The translations under genes and the position numbers were made by a program. The notes under the pieces were generated by a model. That model was not told where the DNA came from. It saw nothing but the letters and a program-made list of their open reading frames with translations, and ran no database searches. This document shows, piece after piece, positions 59,886 to 64,000 of a stretch of 64,000 bases of DNA (the stretch's first letter is position 1; each line of letters starts with the position of its first letter). This stretch comes from Betaproteobacteria bacterium (lineage in GTDB: Bacteria > Pseudomonadota > Gammaproteobacteria > Burkholderiales > Burkholderiaceae_C): contig JAYTVT010000032.1 in NCBI GenBank assembly GCA_043743835.1, forward strand, positions 7,599-71,598, given 5' to 3'.

Positions 59886-62800
59886 ATGACTGAAAGCGAT
59901 TTCATGCCACCACAAGAACTGCCAGCCGTGGCGGTCTCCGACCGTTGCGCCACCATGCCTTCGCCGAGCGGCTCTGCTCGAGGTGGCTTTGTCGCCGATG
60001 GCAACGAGACCTGGTATCGCATCGACGACGCACAAGCGCTGCCACCATTTTTCTTGACCCTGGCCGGCGACAGCGACCTCTGGGCCTTTGTCTCCACAGC
60101 CGGTTCGCTCAGCGCTGGCCGAGGCAATGCCGAAGACGCCTTCCTGCCCTATGAAACGGTGGACAAGATCCACCTGCGCTGGCAGCACACCGGCCCGCGC
60201 ACCTGGATCCGCTTTGCGGGTGTGGATGGCTTGGAAGTCTGGGAGCCCTTTGCGCCGTGCTTGCATGGCCCGCAGGCACCCAGTTCGGTGTGGAAAAACA
60301 TCTCGGGCACCCGCATCCGTTTTCGCCAGGATCACCCCAGCGCTGGCTTGCGTTTTGAGTACGAGTGGTTCACCTCGGCCGACTTGGGGCTGGTGCGCTC
60401 TGCCAGCCTGAGCGCCTTGCCCTCGGTCCGCCCAGACCTGCGCACGGTGCAGGTGCTCGACGGTGTGCTCAACCTGGTGCCGCCAGGTGTGGGCGTCAAG
60501 ACGTCGGCCATGCTCAGCAGCCTGGCCGACGCCTACAAATGGAACGAAACCGCGGCTGGCGGGCGGCTGGGTCTGTTCACCCTGTACGCCCAGATCTGGG
60601 ACCGCGCCGAACCCAAGGAGTCCTTCCACGCGCTCACGGCCTGGCATGCTGGGCTGCCCGCCGACACCTGCACCTTGCTGTCGGCGCACCAGGCGGCCGC
60701 CTTTTGCCGCGGCGAAACGGTCCAGCCTGAGCCCCTCACACGCGGCCAGCGCAGCGCCTTCCTGGTGGCCTTCGACGCCCCCTTGTCCGAGGCTGGCTGC
60801 CAATGGCACATCGTGATCGACGGGCCTCGGTCGCAGGTCGCCTGCTTCGAGCTGGTCCAGCGCTTGCTGGCCGGCGCCGGCACGGCGCAAGAGATCGCGG
60901 CCGCGCGCGAACGCAACACCGCGGGCGTGGACGAACTGCTGGCGCGGGCCGATGGGCTGCAACGCTCGGGCGACGCCATGGCTGCTGCTCACCACCGCGC
61001 CAACGTGCTGTTCAACATCATGCGTGGCGGTGTGTTCGTGGATGGCACGCGGCTGCAACGCGACGACCTGTTGGCCTTTGTGCGCCAACGCAACGTGGCC
61101 CTGGGCGCGGCGCTGACCACGCTGGCCAGCGCCTGGCCAGCCACCGTGGAGCGGGAATGGGCGCTGCAGGCCGCCCGTTCGGCGCTGGGTGCGCAGGCCG
61201 AACGACTGCTGCTGGAGTACCTGCCGCTGACCTTCAGCCGCCGCCACGGTGACCCCAGCCGGCCCTGGAATCAGTTTTCCATCCGCGTGCGCGACGCCGC
61301 TGGCCAACGGGTTGTCAACTACCAGGGCAATTGGCGTGACATCTTCCAGAACTGGGAAGCCCTGGTGCCCAGCGAGCCCGCCTATGTGGGCTCCATGGTG
61401 ACGGCCTTTCTGGGCGCGATGACCGCCGACGGCTACAACCCCTACCGCATCGGGCGCGATGGCATCGACTGGGAAGTGGTGGAGCACGACGACCCCTGGA
61501 GCCACATCGGCTACTGGGGCGATCACCAGGTGGTGTACCTGCTGCGCCTGCTTGAGGCCGCACAAGCCCATCAACCGGCGCTGCTGCCTTCGCTGTGGAA
61601 CCGGGCGCTGTTCAGTTTTGCCGACGTGCCCTACCGGTTGCGCCCCCATGCCCAGCAAACGGCGCAACCCAAGTCCACCTTGGACTTTGACGATGCCGCC
61701 CACCAGCGTGCCCACGAGCGGGCGCGCCGCTTGGGCAGCGATGGTCTGCTGGTCTGCAACGATGACGGCCAGCCCGTGCTGGCCACGCTGGCCGAAAAGC
61801 TGGCTACGATTGTGCTGGCCAAGGCCGGCAGCCTGGTGCCGGGCGGCGGCCTGTGGCTGCACACCCAGCGCCCCGAATGGAACGACGCCAACAATGCGCT
61901 GGTGGGCAACGGCCTGTCGGTGGTGACCTTGGCCTACCTGCGCCGCTTCCTGTGTTTTGTGGAACAGCTGCCGGGCGCCGACGAGCCCTTCGATCTGAGT
62001 GCAGCCACCTTGCAGGCGCTGCAGGGCCTGACCCGCTTGGTGCAGGCCACGCCGCTGTCGGTGGTGGACGACGCCCAGGGCCGGCGCACGTTCCTGGACG
62101 GCGCCGGCGCGTTGCTGGACAGCTGGCGTGCGGCCGCCTACCGCGGCGCCGCGGGCCGACAGCCTGCGCGTGCACCGGCAGGCCTGCTGCCGCAGGTGGC
62201 TGCAGCTTTGCTGCCCTTGCTGGACGCCACGCTGCACCGCTGCCGGCGTACCGATGGCCTGTATCAAAGCTACCAGCTGGTTGACCTGAGCCAGGGCCGG
62301 GCCGAGGTCAGCGAGCTCTATCCCATGCTCGAGGGCCAGGTGGCGCTGCTGTCATGCGGTTTGCTGTCGCTGGCCGAATCGGTGCGCTTGCTCGACGCCT
62401 TGTTTGGCAGCGCGCTGTTCACGGCCGATCGCCAGTCTTTCTTGCTCTACCCGGACCGCCGTTTGCCCGGCTTTCTGGAACGCAACCGCCTGGACGATGC
62501 CGCGCTGGCGCTGCCCCTGGTGCAAAGCCTGCTGGCCGCCGGGCGCACCGACCTGCTGCAACAACAAAGCGACGGCGTGGTGCGCTTCGCCCCGGCGCTG
62601 GCCAACCGGGCCGACCTGGAAGCCGCGGGAGCCGACCTGGGCAGCGGGCTGACGCCGCTGGCGGTGGCCTATGAGCGGGTGCTGCGCCACCATGAATTCA
62701 CTGGGCGTTCGGGCACCATGTTTGGCTACGAGGGCCTGGGTTGCATCTACTGGCACATGGTGGCCAAGCTGCTGCTGGCGGTGCAAGAGCGCACTTTTGA

Positions 62801-63260
62801 AGCCGCCGACAGCGGTGCGCCTGAACTGCCCGCGCTGCAGGCCCACTACCGCCGCGTGCGCGACGGCCTGGGCTACCGCAAGAGCGTGGCCGCCTATGGC
62901 GCGTTTCCGGCCGACCCCTACAGCCACACCCCCGCCGAAGGTGGCGCGCAACAGCCCGGCATGACCGGCCAGGTGAAAGAAGAGGTTCTGACCCGCTGGG
63001 GCGAACTGGGCTTGCGGGTGCAGGCCGGCCAGGTGCACTTCAACCCGGTGCTGTTGGACGAGACCGAGTTGCTTGTGGGCGGTGAACTGAGCTTCACCTT
63101 TGCCCGTGTGCCCTACACCTATCAGCGCGGCCCAGTCACGCGGCTGCGGGTGCAACGCGATGGGGCCTGGCACGATTGCCCTGACCGCTGTTTCAGCCCT
63201 CAAGGTGTGCAGGCCGTGGCGGCCGACGTGAGCTTCGAGAAGCCCGGGCAGAGAGCTTAA
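59886..63260 (+). CDS. GH149-like beta-1,3-glucan phosphorylase
   Basis: 1124 aa with FSRRHGDPSRPWN, YQGNWRDIFQNWE, GYWGDHQ, RPEWNDANNAL, YEGLGCIYWHMV and QQPGMTGQVKE motifs, recalled from GH149 proteins. Confidence 0.78.
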   Translation: MTESDFMPPQELPAVAVSDRCATMPSPSGSARGGFVADGNETWYRIDDAQALPPFFLTLAGDSDLWAFVSTAGSLSAGRGNAEDAFLPYETVDKIHLRWQHTGPRTWIRFAGVDGLEVWEPFAPCLHGPQAPSSVWKNISGTRIRFRQDHPSAGLRFEYEWFTSADLGLVRSASLSALPSVRPDLRTVQVLDGVLNLVPPGVGVKTSAMLSSLADAYKWNETAAGGRLGLFTLYAQIWDRAEPKESFHALTAWHAGLPADTCTLLSAHQAAAFCRGETVQPEPLTRGQRSAFLVAFDAPLSEAGCQWHIVIDGPRSQVACFELVQRLLAGAGTAQEIAAARERNTAGVDELLARADGLQRSGDAMAAAHHRANVLFNIMRGGVFVDGTRLQRDDLLAFVRQRNVALGAALTTLASAWPATVEREWALQAARSALGAQAERLLLEYLPLTFSRRHGDPSRPWNQFSIRVRDAAGQRVVNYQGNWRDIFQNWEALVPSEPAYVGSMVTAFLGAMTADGYNPYRIGRDGIDWEVVEHDDPWSHIGYWGDHQVVYLLRLLEAAQAHQPALLPSLWNRALFSFADVPYRLRPHAQQTAQPKSTLDFDDAAHQRAHERARRLGSDGLLVCNDDGQPVLATLAEKLATIVLAKAGSLVPGGGLWLHTQRPEWNDANNALVGNGLSVVTLAYLRRFLCFVEQLPGADEPFDLSAATLQALQGLTRLVQATPLSVVDDAQGRRTFLDGAGALLDSWRAAAYRGAAGRQPARAPAGLLPQVAAALLPLLDATLHRCRRTDGLYQSYQLVDLSQGRAEVSELYPMLEGQVALLSCGLLSLAESVRLLDALFGSALFTADRQSFLLYPDRRLPGFLERNRLDDAALALPLVQSLLAAGRTDLLQQQSDGVVRFAPALANRADLEAAGADLGSGLTPLAVAYERVLRHHEFTGRSGTMFGYEGLGCIYWHMVAKLLLAVQERTFEAADSGAPELPALQAHYRRVRDGLGYRKSVAAYGAFPADPYSHTPAEGGAQQPGMTGQVKEEVLTRWGELGLRVQAGQVHFNPVLLDETELLVGGELSFTFARVPYTYQRGPVTRLRVQRDGAWHDCPDRCFSPQGVQAVAADVSFEKPGQRA

Positions 63261-63313
63261 GGGCGGGGTGCCCTGCTGGACAGCGGACAATCAACGGGCC
63301 ACCCGGAGTCCCG

Positions 63314-64000
63314 ATGATCAGCGACACCCCCGAGCTTCAAGTCCTGCCGCGCGACCTGTCGGCCTACCGCCAAGGCAATGTCGGCATTGACTACGTGCAC
63401 CGCTTTGAGTCGGGCAAGCCCGGGCCGCATGTGTTGATCAACGCGCTGACCCACGGCAATGAGATCTGTGGCATGACGGCTGTCACCCACCTGCTCGACC
63501 GTGGCGTGCAGCCACTGGCGGGCACCTTGACGCTGAGTTTCGCCAACGTCGAGGCCTACGAAAGCTTTGACCCCATGCGGCCCTTTGAAAGCCGCCAGCT
63601 GGTCCACAACATGAACCGCATCTGGTCCAGCGAGTGGTTGGACGGCGGTGAAGACAGCCCCGAGCTGCGCCGCGCGCGGCAACTGCGCCCGGTGGTGGCA
63701 GCGGCTGACCACATTCTGGACATCCACTCCACCAGCCAGGATGTGCAGCCCTTCTGGGTCTACCCACAGTTTGAGCGCAACGGCCGCGCGGCGCTGGCCA
63801 TCGGGAAGCCGGCGGTGCACCTGGTCATGCCCCAAGGCCTGGGGTCGGGCACGCCGCTGATCCAGCATGGCCTGCACGGCACGCCCGAGGGTCAAGGTGT
63901 GGCCCTGGTGGTCGAGTGCGGCCAACACTTTTTGCGCTCTGCCAGCCAGTTGGCGGTGCAGGTGGCGCAGGACTTCGCTGCGTACTTTGGCGTGCTGCCG
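63314..64000 (+). CDS. Succinylglutamate desuccinylase/aspartoacylase-family protein (3' truncated)
   Basis: Read directly from the DNA, absent from the ORF track: MISDTPEL...LTHGNEICG, NMNRIW, LDIHS, VECGQH; open to the window end. Confidence 0.85.
   Translation, partial: MISDTPELQVLPRDLSAYRQGNVGIDYVHRFESGKPGPHVLINALTHGNEICGMTAVTHLLDRGVQPLAGTLTLSFANVEAYESFDPMRPFESRQLVHNMNRIWSSEWLDGGEDSPELRRARQLRPVVAAADHILDIHSTSQDVQPFWVYPQFERNGRAALAIGKPAVHLVMPQGLGSGTPLIQHGLHGTPEGQGVALVVECGQHFLRSASQLAVQVAQDFAAYFGVLP

Noticed and set aside
59502-62267. 921-aa minus-strand ORF
   Set aside because: Antisense shadow of the GH149-like gene and the SBP; no motifs; typical of high-GC codon bias.

Overview
This is a GC-rich, gene-dense chromosomal window from a probable Betaproteobacterium (Burkholderiales; the PEP-CTERM protein and gene content suggest a Rubrivivax/Ideonella/Aquabacterium-like organism, which is inference). 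About 55 CDSs can be supported. I found no rRNA, tRNA, CRISPR array, transposase or integrase. Main blocks: (1) a Baeyer-Villiger-type monooxygenase, an M20 peptidase and a vapBC pair; (2) a probable C2-sulfonate catabolic locus (TRAP, GMC dehydrogenase, IclR, TctC, SauS-like, SauT-like); (3) a LysR-controlled 4-hydroxybenzoate/protocatechuate 4,5-cleavage operon (ligJ, ligK, pobA, ligI, ligA, ligB, ligC). It lacks ligU but carries a signal-less ModA-fold protein, a lipoprotein tannase/feruloyl esterase and a palindromic insert between ligA and ligB; (4) the most striking block, 24.9-31.2 kb: two convergent operons of apparently exported proteins, namely two intact caspase-family (C14) proteases, a serpin with an inhibitory hinge and P1 Lys, an OmpA-domain protein, a YbjN-like protein and a Cys-rich hypothetical. 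Several of these share a basic-residue [R/K]-[S/T/N]-hydrophobic motif, suggesting an extracytoplasmic caspase/serpin proteolytic circuit; (5) an iorAB-type molybdoenzyme translationally coupled to a non-canonical soxXYZA set (SoxY ending AACIE); (6) housekeeping and metabolic genes (ALDH, LysE, PanE-like, Crp, GltD-like plus korAB, PFK, PlsC, MFS, a multi-PAS hybrid kinase); (7) a sugar-binding protein plus a GH149-like beta-1,3-glucan phosphorylase. All family calls come from motifs read by eye; no database search was run.
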